The notes under the pieces were generated by a model, which was not told where the DNA came from, searched no databases, and worked only from the letters and a program-made list of their open reading frames with translations. A stretch of 55,848 bases of DNA from a virus (lineage: Duplodnaviria; Caudoviricetes), in IMG/VR virus record IMGVR_UViG_3300025102_000033, positions 1-55,848 of that record. One strand, given 5' to 3'. Positions within the stretch are counted from its first letter, which is position 1. Every line of letters starts with the position of its first letter. The position numbers and the translations under genes are program-made. Positions 13,857 to 27,700 of this stretch are shown one piece after another.

Positions 13857-15767
13857 ATGCCTTTTACTAAGTATACAAATCTAGACTTTGATCAGATAAA
13901 GTCATCCATCAAAGATTATCTCCGTGCAAATTCTAATTTCACTGACTTTGATTTTGAAGGATCTAACTTTTCTGTCTTAATAGACACGCTAGCATATAAC
14001 ACATATATCACAGCATTCAACTCAAATATGATTGTGAATGAATCCTTCTTGGATTCTGCAACTCTCAGAGAGAATGTTGTATCATTGGCAAGAAATATTG
14101 GTTATGTGCCTCGCTCTAGAACCTCTGCAAGGGCACAAATCTCATTTTCGGTACAAAGACCTGATGGAGATTCATCCGCGCAGGTGACCCTCAGTAGAGG
14201 TCTCGTATGTACCGGAACTAGTTCTAACAGCAATTTTGTATTTTCAATACCAGAGGATATTACCAGAAATTTTGTTGATGGAGTGGCAACGTTTGACAAC
14301 ATTGTAATCTATGAAGGAACGTATTTAACAAAGCAATTTTTATATGATGGATCTCTCGATCAAAAATTTATCCTCAATAACTCTTTTATAGACACTTCTA
14401 CTCTTAAAGTATACATTAAAAAAGAAAATGATAGTGGTATAGGAATTGAATATTCTTTGGTTGATAATATTGTTAATGTAAAATCAAATTCTCAAATTTA
14501 TCTTATACAGGAAGTACAAGATGAAAAGTATCAATTACTTTTTGGGGATGGATTAATTGGAAAAAAACTTGGAACTGATAGAAATTCTGATGGCAACATC
14601 ATAACGACAAATTATATCGTATCAAACGGTTCTGATGGCAACGGAGTTAGTAATTTTTCTCTTGCTGGAAGTTTTTTAACCTCTGATGGTAACAATATTA
14701 ATCCATCTACGATAGCAATCATTACAAATCAAAAATCTCAAAATGGATCTGAGATAGAATCGATTGATTCCGTTAGATATTTTGCTCCAAAAATATATTC
14801 TGCACAATCAAGAGCAGTTACTGGTCGTGATTATGAAGCAATTATCAAAATGATCTACCCAGACACCGAATCTGTGGCGGTTGTTGGTGGAGAAGAGATG
14901 GAACCACCACAATTTGGAACTGTAAACATCAGTATAAAACCAAAAAATGGAACTTTTGTCTCAGATTTTAATAAATCTAGAATTTTATCACAATTAAAAC
15001 AATATACAGTCTCTGGAATCAATCAAAAAATTACAGATTTGAAAATTCTCTATGTTGAAATTGATTCTTCCGTTTATTATGACTATTCTCGAATATCAAC
15101 TGTCGAGACACTCAAAACAAATGTTCTTAATTCTTTAAATGAGTATTCGAACTCAGTGGATATTAATAAATTTGGTGGTAGATTCAAATATAGTAAAATT
15201 CAACAAATTATTGACAACACAAATACAGCAATAACTTCAAATATCACCAAAGTAAAAATTAGAAGGGATTTAAAGGCAGTAATAAATCAATTTGCCCAGT
15301 ATGAACTATGTTATGGAAACAGATTTCATGTAAATAGTGGTGGATATAATATTAAATCAACCGGTTTTAGAATTGCAAATGATTCCGATGTGGTTTATTT
15401 GACAGATATTCCCAATCTTGACGGAAGAACGGGAGTTTTATCAATTGTGAAACCACTCGATAGTCAAAATATAAAAGTTGTTGTAAAATCCGCAGGAACA
15501 ATTGATTATATGAAAGGTGAGATAAATCTTAATACAATAAAAATTGTTTCGACGGAACTTCAAAATAACATTATTGAAGTTCAGGCATTTCCAGAGTCAA
15601 ATGATGTAGTTGGACTTAAAGATTTGTATCTTAATTTTAACGTCTCTACAAGTGCAATAAATATGGTGAAGGATGTTATTGCATCAGGAGATGAAATATC
15701 GGGAACGGTATTCAATAGAGATTTTTACACATCAAGTTATCTAAACGGAAATTTAATAAGAGAGTAA
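13857..15767 (+). CDS. g6: Baseplate wedge subunit gp6
   Basis: LDFDQIK...FTDFDFEGSN...ESFLDSATLRENVVSLA...QSRAVT..DY. Confidence 0.95.
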   Translation: MPFTKYTNLDFDQIKSSIKDYLRANSNFTDFDFEGSNFSVLIDTLAYNTYITAFNSNMIVNESFLDSATLRENVVSLARNIGYVPRSRTSARAQISFSVQRPDGDSSAQVTLSRGLVCTGTSSNSNFVFSIPEDITRNFVDGVATFDNIVIYEGTYLTKQFLYDGSLDQKFILNNSFIDTSTLKVYIKKENDSGIGIEYSLVDNIVNVKSNSQIYLIQEVQDEKYQLLFGDGLIGKKLGTDRNSDGNIITTNYIVSNGSDGNGVSNFSLAGSFLTSDGNNINPSTIAIITNQKSQNGSEIESIDSVRYFAPKIYSAQSRAVTGRDYEAIIKMIYPDTESVAVVGGEEMEPPQFGTVNISIKPKNGTFVSDFNKSRILSQLKQYTVSGINQKITDLKILYVEIDSSVYYDYSRISTVETLKTNVLNSLNEYSNSVDINKFGGRFKYSKIQQIIDNTNTAITSNITKVKIRRDLKAVINQFAQYELCYGNRFHVNSGGYNIKSTGFRIANDSDVVYLTDIPNLDGRTGVLSIVKPLDSQNIKVVVKSAGTIDYMKGEINLNTIKIVSTELQNNIIEVQAFPESNDVVGLKDLYLNFNVSTSAINMVKDVIASGDEISGTVFNRDFYTSSYLNGNLIRE

Positions 15768-15768
15768 T

Positions 15769-18700
15769 ATGATAGAAACTGGATTTGAATCTAGAGTTAA
15801 GGTTCAACAACTTATCGATAGTCAGTTACCCGAATTTGTTTTGGATGAAAATCCAAAATCGGTAGAATTTTTAAAGCAATATTATATTTCTCAAGAATAT
15901 CAAGGTGGTCCAACTGATATTACAGATAATTTAGATCAATATCTAAAACTTGATAATTTAACACCTGAAGTAATAGTTGACACTACACGCACTACATCAG
16001 GAATTACCTCTACGGACACTACAATCGCCGTAAACAGCACTAAAGGGTTTCCTAATGAATATGGTCTCTTTAAGATAAACAATGAAGTTATAACCTATAC
16101 TGGCGTAACTACAAACTCATTTACTGGTTGCCAACGTGGTTTTAGTGGCATCACTTCATATCATAGTGATTTAAATCAAGAAGAACTTGTATTTTTAGAT
16201 TCTTCAAGAGAAGATCACTCAAAAGATGATGTAGTTCATAATTTAAGTTCTCTATTTTTAAAAGATTTTTATAAAAAATTAAAATTTACTTTTGCTCCTG
16301 GTTTAGAAGACGTTGATTTTGTCAAAGAATTAAATGCTGGAAACTTTATAAAAGAAGCAAGATCATTTTATCAGTCAAAAGGAACTGATGAATCATTTAG
16401 AATTTTGTTTAATGTTCTCTATGGTGCAACACCTAGAGTAGTTAATTTAGAAGAATATTTAATTAAACCATCTTCTTCAAATTATGTGAGAAGAGAAGTT
16501 GCTATTGCTGAAGTTATTAGTGGGGATCCATCAAAACTTGTTGGTCAAACGATAGTAAAATCTACTGATTCAGGAACAACTGCTGCGATATCAGAAATAG
16601 AACCATTTACAAGAGAAAATAAGCAATATTTTAAACTTTCTCTTTTTGTTGGATATGATGATTCTTCAACTATTGAAGGAACTTTTAATATAACTCCTAG
16701 CACAAAAAATATTGAAACTGTTGCTATTGGCGCATCAGTAATTACTGTTGATTCCACAATAGGTTTTGCACAGACTGGAATGGTTATATCTGGTATTAAT
16801 AGTATCAGTTATACAGATAAAAGCATTAATCAATTTATTGGATGTACTGGAGTCGGTGCCACGATTTCTGCCGCAAGTAATATAAGATCTGATCAAATTT
16901 ATTTTGGATTTGAAAATGGAGATCCGGACAAAAAAGTTGAAATACGATTGACCGGAGTATTGTCGAAATTTATTCAAATATCCGAAGAACTTAGTGCTTC
17001 TGAAAATGATATTATTTCAGTAAAAAATATTGGAGATTTAATTGAAAATCCTACCATTGGAGAAAAAACAAATAAAGAAATTTTCGCCAACTCTTGGATT
17101 TACAATACTAGTTCAACTTTTGAAGTAGAAAGTTTTGGTGTCACCTTAACATTAACGTTAAAAAGTGAAATTGACAAATCTAGTTTAAAGAAAGGTGATA
17201 GTATTGAAATTATTCAAAAAGGTGGCAGTGACGACGGAAAGGTCGTATACCCAACAACAACCACTCCATCAAGTGTAATTGACATTTCTCCGGATAGAAA
17301 ATCTATTAGTTTAGATAATTTTACATTTAATGCGGATAGTTCTGTAGATTATAGTTTGAGAAGGAAAATTAATAAAGTTAGTAGCGAATTTACTCCGATT
17401 GAATTTGGAAATGATGTAATTACCGGTGATGTGCAAAATGTCTATACCGATTTAGATGGAAAACATGCTTATGTTGCATCCAATTCTTTACCATCAAAAA
17501 CACCGGGGATAACCACATCATTTACTTATGAAATAACTAAAAAAATTAACTCTGCTTCTATTGATTCTGAAACAAGTTTAGGTGATCGCAATAGTTCAAA
17601 TAATTTTACAACTATAACTTTTGCAGATGATGCTCCATTCGTCACTGGAGATAGAGTTTTTTATAAGCCAGATGGAGATCCTCTTGTTGGTTTAATTGAA
17701 GGATCTTACTTTGTAGAAATTTTACCAACCAATAAGAAAAAAATTAAGTTATACAATTCTAGAGTTTTTGTCGGAACAGAAAGTTACTTAACATTTTCAA
17801 CTCCATCCTCTGGAATTGGAAAACATACTTTCACATTATTTGAACACAAATCTGGCGAAATTGCTCCACAAAAAATATTTAAAAAATTCCCCCTACCTCC
17901 CAATAACAAAAATGGAGTTAATGAATTAACTGAACCAGATAATTCAACTGGGATGTTGATTAATGGTGTAGAAATCATTAATTACAAATCTAATGATGTT
18001 GTATATTATGGTCCATTAGAGTCAATAAGTGTTTTAAATGGTGGACGTGGATATGATGTAATCAATTTGCCCAATTTAGTAGTTTCTGCTGGATTTGGAT
18101 CCACGGCACTGTGTCGTCCAGTGATTCAAGGATCTATTGAAAGAATTGATGTTGATGTTTTAAATTTTGATATTGATTCTGTAGAGTCAGTAAAAATAAC
18201 AGGTGGTAATGGTAGTGGTGCAAATCTTAACGCGATTGTTCAGAAAAGAGTTAGAGAAGTATTTTTTGATGCACAACTAACAGCAGATAATGGTGGAATT
18301 GATAATAATACAAATCAGATTACATTTTTAACTGATCATAATTTTATTAATGGTCAAGAGGTAGTGTATGATTCCAATGGAAATCAAGGAATAGGAGTTG
18401 GAATCGGAACTTCTTCTCTAGTTGATTCGGCAGTTTATTATGCAAAGGTTGATAATAATACTACAATTCAAATATTTGAAAGTTTTGATGATTATTCTTC
18501 AAACACAAATGTTGTGGGATTGAGCACCCTTTATACGGCAGGTGTTCATAAATTTAAAACTAATGATAAAACAAAAACCATATCTTCAATTGATGTTATT
18601 GATGGTGGAAGTGGATATACCAATAGAAAACTAATTGTTAAACCAAGTGGAATATCAACATCAAAAGATGTAATTAACTTTATAGATCATGGATTTAATG

Positions 18701-21700
18701 ATGGCGATGTAGTTTTGTATTCCTCTGACGGAACACCAATTACTGGATTAACAACATCAACAGGAATAACAACCACATCTGTTCAATATAAAATTATAAA
18801 AATTGATGATGATTCTTTTAGAGTTGCAGATATTGGAGTTGGAGGAACATCTCCATCAAATTATGAAAGAAAAAATTATTCCAAATTAGAATCAACTGGA
18901 GTTGGATATCAAAATTTTGCATTTCCGGATATTACAGTTTCATTGGAATTTACTTCCACTGGATTGGGAACAGATACACAAAATAGATCAGTTATAGCAA
19001 CTCCTGTAGTGAGAGGATCATTAATTGATGCATATGTTTATGAAACTGGAATTGGTTATGGATCTAGCACGATTAACCTTGAGAGAAAACCACTAATCAC
19101 CATACAAACCGGTAGAGATGCTCAATTAAAACCCATTATAATTAATGGATCTTTTAATTCTGTAAATGTTCAATTTGGAGGATTTGAATATTTTTCAGCT
19201 CCAGAATTAGAGGTATTTGATAATAGTGGATCTGGATCTGGAGCAATATTGCGACCAGTAATATCATCTCAAGGTAAGATAACAGATGTTAAAGTTATTA
19301 ATGCTGGAATAGGATACTCCGCTGCTTCAACTGGAATCAAAGTTTCGCCTAAGGGATTTGGAGCAACATTTGATACAACTATTAGAAAATTAAGAGTAAA
19401 TAATATTCATAAGTATGGAAATGAAATACTCAAAGAAAGGAACGATAAACTGCAATACAACATATGTGGATATTATGATGATTTAAGATCCACTTTTAAT
19501 GAAAGTCAATCCAAAGTATCTGGGATAATTGGGTGGGCTTATGATGGAAATCCAATATATGGTCCATTTGGAAATTCGGATTCGTTTAACACTAGTTCAG
19601 ATCCAGCTCGTTTAACTTCCGGATATGTAGAAAATTCATCTAGTGTGATTGATAGACCTGCAGGATTTAGTGCTGGATTTTTCGTTGAAGATTATGAATA
19701 TACTAATTCTGGAGATTTGGATGTCCATAATGGAAAATTTGTAAAAACAACAGATTATCCAAAAGGAGTCTATGCATATTTTGCCACTATTGACAGTAGT
19801 GGAGACCCACAATTCCCATATTTTATTGGAAATACGTTTAGATCTAACACTTTAAATGAAAATAAAACTTTAGATCAAAAATTTGATTTTAAAAATTCTC
19901 AATTATTAAGAAACACTTTCCCGTATAGAGTATCCGATCCGTTTGCTGACAACGATTTTCTAATTGAAACTAATGAAATTTCAAGACAAAAAGCAGTTAT
20001 TGAATCTGTAACGGAAGGTCCTATTGAAAAAATTAATATCATTAATCCTGGCACAGGGTTCAAAGTAAATGATGTTTTAAATTTTGATAGTGATGGCACC
20101 GGAGGAGATGGAATTATTGTAAGAGTATCATCAATATCAGGAAAAAGTATTGATGATATACAAACTTCTGTAGAAACTTATGAAAATTCTATTTTCACTT
20201 GGAATGGTGGAAATGAAATAAAAGTTTCAATATTACCTCAACATAATCTGAGAGATAAAGAATATGTTACTATCTCCGGATTTAGTAGTTCTTTATCTGA
20301 ATTGAATAGAAATTTCCAGATTGGAATCTCATCTTTCTATTCAAATCTTTCCTCATTAATAAAAGGATCGGATGCATCTCCAGGAGCAGCCACCACAGAA
20401 ATATACGTATCTCAAATACCAGATTCAGTTTCTGTTGGTAGCAGTGTTGGAATTGGTTCAGAAACTTTGCAGGTATTAAATATATTCCCCAATTTGAATA
20501 TTCTCAGAGTTAAGAGAGGTTTGGTGGGAACTTCTCATACTGCCACAACAAAAATCTCATATATTCCAGATTCATTTACAATAACCAAAAATGTAGATTA
20601 TTTTGAATCTGCGGTCAATGATAAAATATATTTTAATCCAAAAGAATCTGTCGGTGTTGGAACTACTGTTGGAATATCCAGTTCTATGACATTTATATTT
20701 GGAGATTCCTCTATTACTAGAGAAATTCCAACTAAGAGGATTTATATTGAAAATCATCCATTTGCAACAAATCAACCAGTCAATTTAACTGTTCCTACAG
20801 GTGGAGCAATATCGATTTCAACTTCACCAACTGGAACACCATTTAATTTGCCAATATCCGGAGTCACTACTACAGTATACATTGTAAGAAAAACAATTAA
20901 CTCAGTTGGCATTAAGACAGGAATTGGATCTGAATTTGATGAAGTATTTTTCCGCAATAATGGAAGTGATAGTGATGAATATCTATTTGAAAGTATAAAA
21001 ACACAAATTAAATCCAGAGTCCAAAGAATAAATTCTGTTGTATCTATTTCTACCGTAGGTCTTTCAACTGTTGCGCCGGGTGCCACGTATCATAAGTTGT
21101 TGACAGGCGATACAATAAAATTAAACCTTCAATCAAAACTTATTTCTGGAATTGGAACGGATGCTTCAGTAATTGTAAAAAGAGATACTATCTCCGATAA
21201 TATTTTAATAAATCCACTTACAATTGATCCATCAGGAATTAATACTACCACAAATCAAATAACAATACTATCACATGAATTAAAAACTGGAGATAAGGTT
21301 AGTTATGCAGCATCATTACCTGCTTCGGGATTGACCACAGGTTCTTACTATGCATATAGAGTTAATGAAAATGTCATTCAATTGGCAGAAACTCTTATTG
21401 ATGCAAAATTAGATCCTCCAACTATTGTAAGTATTGGAAACACTGGAGGAGGAGAGCAAACAATTTCTCCAATCAATCCAAGAATTGCAATAACGAAAGA
21501 TAATAGTGCAATTTTTGATTTGTCGGACTCCACATTATCTGGATATGATTTTAAAATTTATTATGATAATGAATTTAATAACGAATTTGTTTCTACAGGA
21601 TCTACTAATGGAATAACTATCGCAGGAGTTGGAACTATTGGAGTTAGTGCCAACGCTTCATTAACTATCAATTACAACACAGATCTTACTAATATACTAC

Positions 21701-24700
21701 CTACAAGATTATATTATAATTTAGAGAAATCAGGTTACATTAGCACAGCAGACACTGAAGTTGAAAATTATTCTGAGATACTTTATATTGATAGTTCTTA
21801 TAATTCTTCATATAAAATTTCTGGAGTAGGAGAAACTACATTTAATATTGCTCTTAATGAAGTTCCTGAAAGATTGTTCTATAAATCAAGTGAGTGTTCT
21901 TCTTTAGAATATACTACAGAATCATTAAATGTAGAAGGTCCTATTAATAAAATCAACATTGTCTCTGGGGGATCTGGATATAAGAAGTTGCCGAATTTTG
22001 TTGGATCTTCAAATACAACAGCAAAAGATGCATATTTAATTGCCAAATCTGGTTCAGTTGGGAATGCAAAGAGAGTTAGAATAATAAATCAAGGATTTGA
22101 ATATTCTTCTGATAGAACACTGCAACCAAACGCAAACGTACCAGTTTTAGTTTCTGCTAAAGATTCAAACACTATAGGAATTGTTACTGTTATTAGTGGC
22201 GGAAGAAATTACATAACTCCACCAAAACTCGTAGTTGTTAATACATCCTCAAAACAAAAAATTGATAATGGTATTATAGAAGCAAATCTTACCGGAAACT
22301 CTATAACTGAAGTTAAAATTATTCAAGAACCAAAGGGTCTTCCATCTGAGTCAGTAGGAATTTTTGCTGAGGAAAATACTAATGGAATCAGTATTCAAAA
22401 AATTTCCCAACAATCTGATACTAAGTTTATATGCAAATTGACTACACCAGTTCTTGGATTCTCCACAAGCGCGTTTAGCGTTGGAGAAGAAGTTTTTATT
22501 GAAGGGATTCAAAAAGTTGGTGCCGCAGGTTCAGGATTTAATTCTGCAGACTATGGATATCAGTTTTTTGTCGTTGAGGAATATAAAAACTCATCTTTTA
22601 TTGGAACCGTTACTCAAGATGAAGTAACAATCAATTTAAGTAGTTTAACAACTAATACAGGCACAGCAAAAACTGTTCAAGATTCTCTTGGGACGATTAT
22701 AAAAAAATCTGATTATCCATCATTTGCTGTTGGTCAAAAAGAATCTAAATTCTTCATAGGAGAAAAATTAAATCTTAATGGATCTGTTGCAGATTTGCGA
22801 ATAACTGGTATTGACGGCGATAATATAAAAATAACGGGTGATGCTTTTGGATTATCTCCAAATGATGTTCTTACGGGACAAACAAGTGGAAATATTGCTT
22901 CCATAGAAAATATTGTCAGAAATGAAGGAAGATTTGAAGTTGATTTCTCTAGTAGGCAAAATATTGGATGGGATGACAACATTGGAAAATTGAGTCTTGA
23001 TGATCAAGTGATTCCTGATAATGATTATTATCAAAATCTTTCTTATACAATCAAAAGTCCTATTGAATGGAGAGAATTAAAGACTCCAGTCAATAGTCTT
23101 GTCCACACTAGTGGTCTTAAAAATTTTGCTGATGTTGGGATAGTATCAACTGCAAACATTGGAGTTGGTAATTCGGATAATTTAGTTATTGCTCGTGATT
23201 TAATTGAAGAACTTAGAGTAGATACAATTAATAATTTTGACAATGTATTAGATATTGATGTTGTAGGATCTCAATCTAAATTCCTAAAATTAGAATCAAA
23301 AAAATTAACAGACTTTACTCTTTCCAAGAGTAACGTTGTATTAAAGATAGATGATATTTCCGGTCTATTTTCAAATGACGATAATGTCACTAATAATGAA
23401 TTTGTCGATATTTTCAAATTTGTTGCTTCTGATTCTTATGATGATGTTTTAGTTAGAATAACTAATTCCGAAAATAGTGAAGTTCAATTAACAGAATTGA
23501 CTATTATTAGCAATAATAGTGGAGATAATTTCTTATTGGAAAAAGGAGAAATTGCTAATATTGGATCATCTCCAACTTCAGTAATAGATGAAAATTACGG
23601 AACTTTTTCCGTCACCGATAGCAATTTCCTTAGATTTACTCCTAAAGATACTAATGATACTGATTATGATATTAAATATCTTAAAAATACTTTTGGTTCC
23701 TCTACATCTGGTGTAGGAACAACTTCAATTGGATTTATTGATTTAACTAATGTTGCTGGAGTTGTAACTTCCGGAGGTTCCGGCATAACAAGTTCTATTA
23801 TTGGAGTTGCAACGGATAAATTTACATCATTGCATGTCAATACACAAATTATTCAATCCAATACTGATGAATTAAATTTTGTTGAGTTGTACATAACTCA
23901 TGACGGAGAAAACACATTTCTTGCAGAATCGTTTTTTGATACTGATGAAAACAGTTCTTCTTTCAATTTTATTGGATCTTTTGGTGCAAATATCAGTTCT
24001 GGTGTTCTCAATTTAAATTATACAAATGATACTGCAAATGATGTTCAGTTGAAATCAAGAATTGTTGGATTTGGAACAACATCAGTAGGCACAGGAATTC
24101 ACAGATTTATAACACCATCTCAACCAGAGGGTGCGGAAAGAAGTGCAGTAATTAGATCTGCATATGAAACTACAGTTTCTGCTGCCGCAACGACAGTTAT
24201 CAGTTTTGATAGGAATTTGTTTAATTCTGTTAAATCAGTGGTCGAAGTAAGTATGGGTTCGACAAAGGCAGTTCATAACGTATTGGCTTTACAGGATAAT
24301 TCTTTTGACACATATGTTCAACAATCATCTTTCCTTTCTGCTGGAGGAATAGGTGTAACCGATGGAAGAAGCGGCATGGGAACATTCGGTGTAGAATACT
24401 CCGGAGAAAACTTTATATTGAAGTTCTATCCTGATGCAGCAATGACATCAAATCTGCAGGTTTCATCTCTCAATGAAATTCTATACACGGAAATAGACGC
24501 ATTTAATACTGCCCCAGAACTTCAATATGGGGATAATATTCAATCACTTGAAATTAAACTTTATAATGCAAAAAATGGTAATAGAATTAATAAAACTGAT
24601 TTTGTTGCAAAAAATGAAGGCACTCCAATTTTTGCAAAGTCTTTTAATCCAACAAACTCCACTCAATTAGATCTTTCTACTGGAAAATTCACTATACAGA

Positions 24701-27700
24701 ATCACTTCTTTAGAACCGGTGAAGAGTTGTCATATACTCCAAAATCAACTTTTGTTGGAGTTGGATCAACTGCAATGACGTATGGCAGTGGCACCCCATT
24801 ACCATCAATTGTATATGCTATTAGAGATAATGATGACGAATTCAAACTTGCTACAACTAGAGCAAATGCAGAAGCAGGTGTAAATGTATCTTTTGGATCC
24901 TCTGGTGAAGGAAATGCTCATGAATTGGCAATGTTATTAGGTAATGAAAAAACTATAATAACACTAGATGGAATTGGTCAATATCCGCTTAAATTTACTC
25001 CAATTGCACATACATTATCAGGAAATGCCGGTGGACAAATTGGAACAGCATCTACGATATTTGCTTTAAGTGGGATTTCCACAATAATTCCGACAGATCT
25101 TCTAAAAATTAATGATGAATTTATGAAGATTCAAAATATAGGTTTTGGAACTACTGCAGTTGGACCAATAACAGGAATTGGTCAATCAACTCTTGTTCAA
25201 GTTGAAAGAGGTGCAGTTGGATCTATATCAACATCTCATGCAGATGGAAGCGAAGTTAGAATTTTTAAAGGTTCTTATAATATTGTTGGTTCCAAAATAC
25301 ACTTTGTAAATTCACCTAGAGGATCTTCTTCAATCGAAAGAGATGATAGAAACTTGGAACCAGAAACTTCTGATTTTACTGGAAGAGTATTTTTAAGAAA
25401 TAATTATGATACCAATCAAATATATGATGATATTTCTGATCAATTTACTGGAATTGGAGCAACATTTACGCTGACTGTTGGTGGTGCAAATACCACAGGA
25501 ATTGGAAGCACCGGGGGAAATGGAGTTCTGTTTATCAATGGAATTTTCCAAACACCTTCAACTTCTAATAATCCATTCAACAATTTTAAATTTGATGATG
25601 AAAGCACTGCAGGAATAACAAGTGTCATCTTTAGCGGAATAACCTCTGCAGACGGATCTCGTCAAATATCAGATATTGACATTAATCAAAATCAACTTCC
25701 AAGAGGAGGAGTAATTGTTTCTCTAGGTTCTTCTGGTGGATTGGGATATGCACCTTTAGTTGGTGCTGCAGTGAGTGCTGTAGTTGGTGCTGGTGGTTCC
25801 ATAGCAGGATTTACTACAGCATTAACCGGAGGAACTTTTGGATCTGGATATAACGGATTAGTATCTATTGGAGTCAGCGTTCATGAGGATGGACACACCG
25901 GTGCTGCTGCAGTGGTGTCAGCAACTGCTTTAGTTGGAGCTGGCGGAAGTTTATCCCTCACTGTAGTTGGAAATGGAGGATCTGGATACTCTAATCCTCA
26001 AATTATGGTTTCGGAACCAACTTATGAAGGTCTCGAAATAGAGGGAGTCTCAAGGTTGGGACTTGGAAACACTACATTAAGTGGCACAGGATTATTACTC
26101 GATATTGGAGTTGGTGCTGCAACTACTACAGGAATAGGGTCGGATACTTTTGAAGTTAATAGTTTTAGTATCGCAAGAAACGGATATGGATTTAGGGAAG
26201 GTGATGTTATTAGACCAGTTGGTTTAGTTACACACAGCACTCTATCTTCAACAACTTCCGAATTGTTATTAACAGTTGAACGAGTGTTTAATGATTCCTT
26301 TGCTTGTTGGCAATTTGGAGAATTTGATTTTATCGATTCAATTGCAAATTTCCAAGATGGAAAAAGAACTAGATTCCCATTATTCTATAATGAGGAACTC
26401 TTAAGTTTTGAAAAACAGGAGGGAAGTAGGGTAAATCTTTCTAATGCATTATTAATAGTCATTAATGGAATTATTCAAGATCCTGGAGTAGCATACTTAT
26501 TTGAAGGTGGAACATCATTTAGTTTTACTGATCCTCCTCAAATTGAAGATAGAGTTGATATTTTCTTCTATAGAGGTACTAGAAACGATGATGATCAATT
26601 AGTTACAAGTATAAATCAAACGATTAAACGAGGTGATAGTGTAAGAGTTTATAAAAATAATGCAATTGATGGAACTATAACTCAAAATAGCAGAACTGTG
26701 TTTGATTTAGCATTCTCTGATAAATTTGAAACAAATCTGTATAGCGGAGTTGGAATAGATCAAAACAATTTCAAACCAATGTCTTGGACAAAACAAAAAG
26801 TTGACACCGTTATTAACGGCGAAATTGTTCAAAAAGATAGAGATTCTATTGAAGCACTAGTTTTTCCAACAGCAAAGATTATTAATACTATTGAAACTAC
26901 TGATAGTGAAATATTTGTCGAAGATGCTGATTTATTTGATTACAATTCGGAAACAGAATTGTCTGGTTTAATTGTGTCTGGTTCTTTAGATCCAATATCG
27001 GCTGCCGCAACAGCAGTGGTTTCTACTGCTGGAACAATTTCATCATATATTGTCTCTGGCGGTAGTGGGTATACTGCAGTGCCTACAGTCTCTGTTCTTG
27101 CTCCTCCAGAAATTGGAGTAGGAGTAGGAACCACTGCTACTGCAACTGCCACCATATCCAATGGGGCCGTAACTGCAATTACGGTCAACAACCCAGGATT
27201 GGGATATACAATTGCTCCAAATGTAATTATTTCTCTCCCCAATCCCATCGTCGAAACAGTAACTAGTATTGATGTGATTCAAGGATTCTCTGGAATTGTC
27301 ACTGGAATTAGCACCGTCAATGCTCAAGGAATTGGAACTTTAGCAATTCAATTTAATTTGCATAGATTTGATGCAACAAATTACACTGATTTAAATATTG
27401 GATATCCAATTTATATTTTTGACACTCAAGTTGGAAATGGTGTAACCTCAGTTGCAAATAATGATTTATCCATAGTTGGTGTGGGCACAACATTTGTTGA
27501 TAATATATACTTTATTCAGGAACTTTCTTCTGTTGGTGCTGCGGGTTCAATTGTTTGTTACGTGGATTCTGGAACATCAATAGTTGGTGTTGCAACTACA
27601 TCAAACTCTGATAATCCTGTGGGTAAATTCTCTTGGGGTAGACTTGCGGGAATTTCTAGAGCAACTTCTCCAGTTTCTATAGCAGTTACTGGAAATGTGG

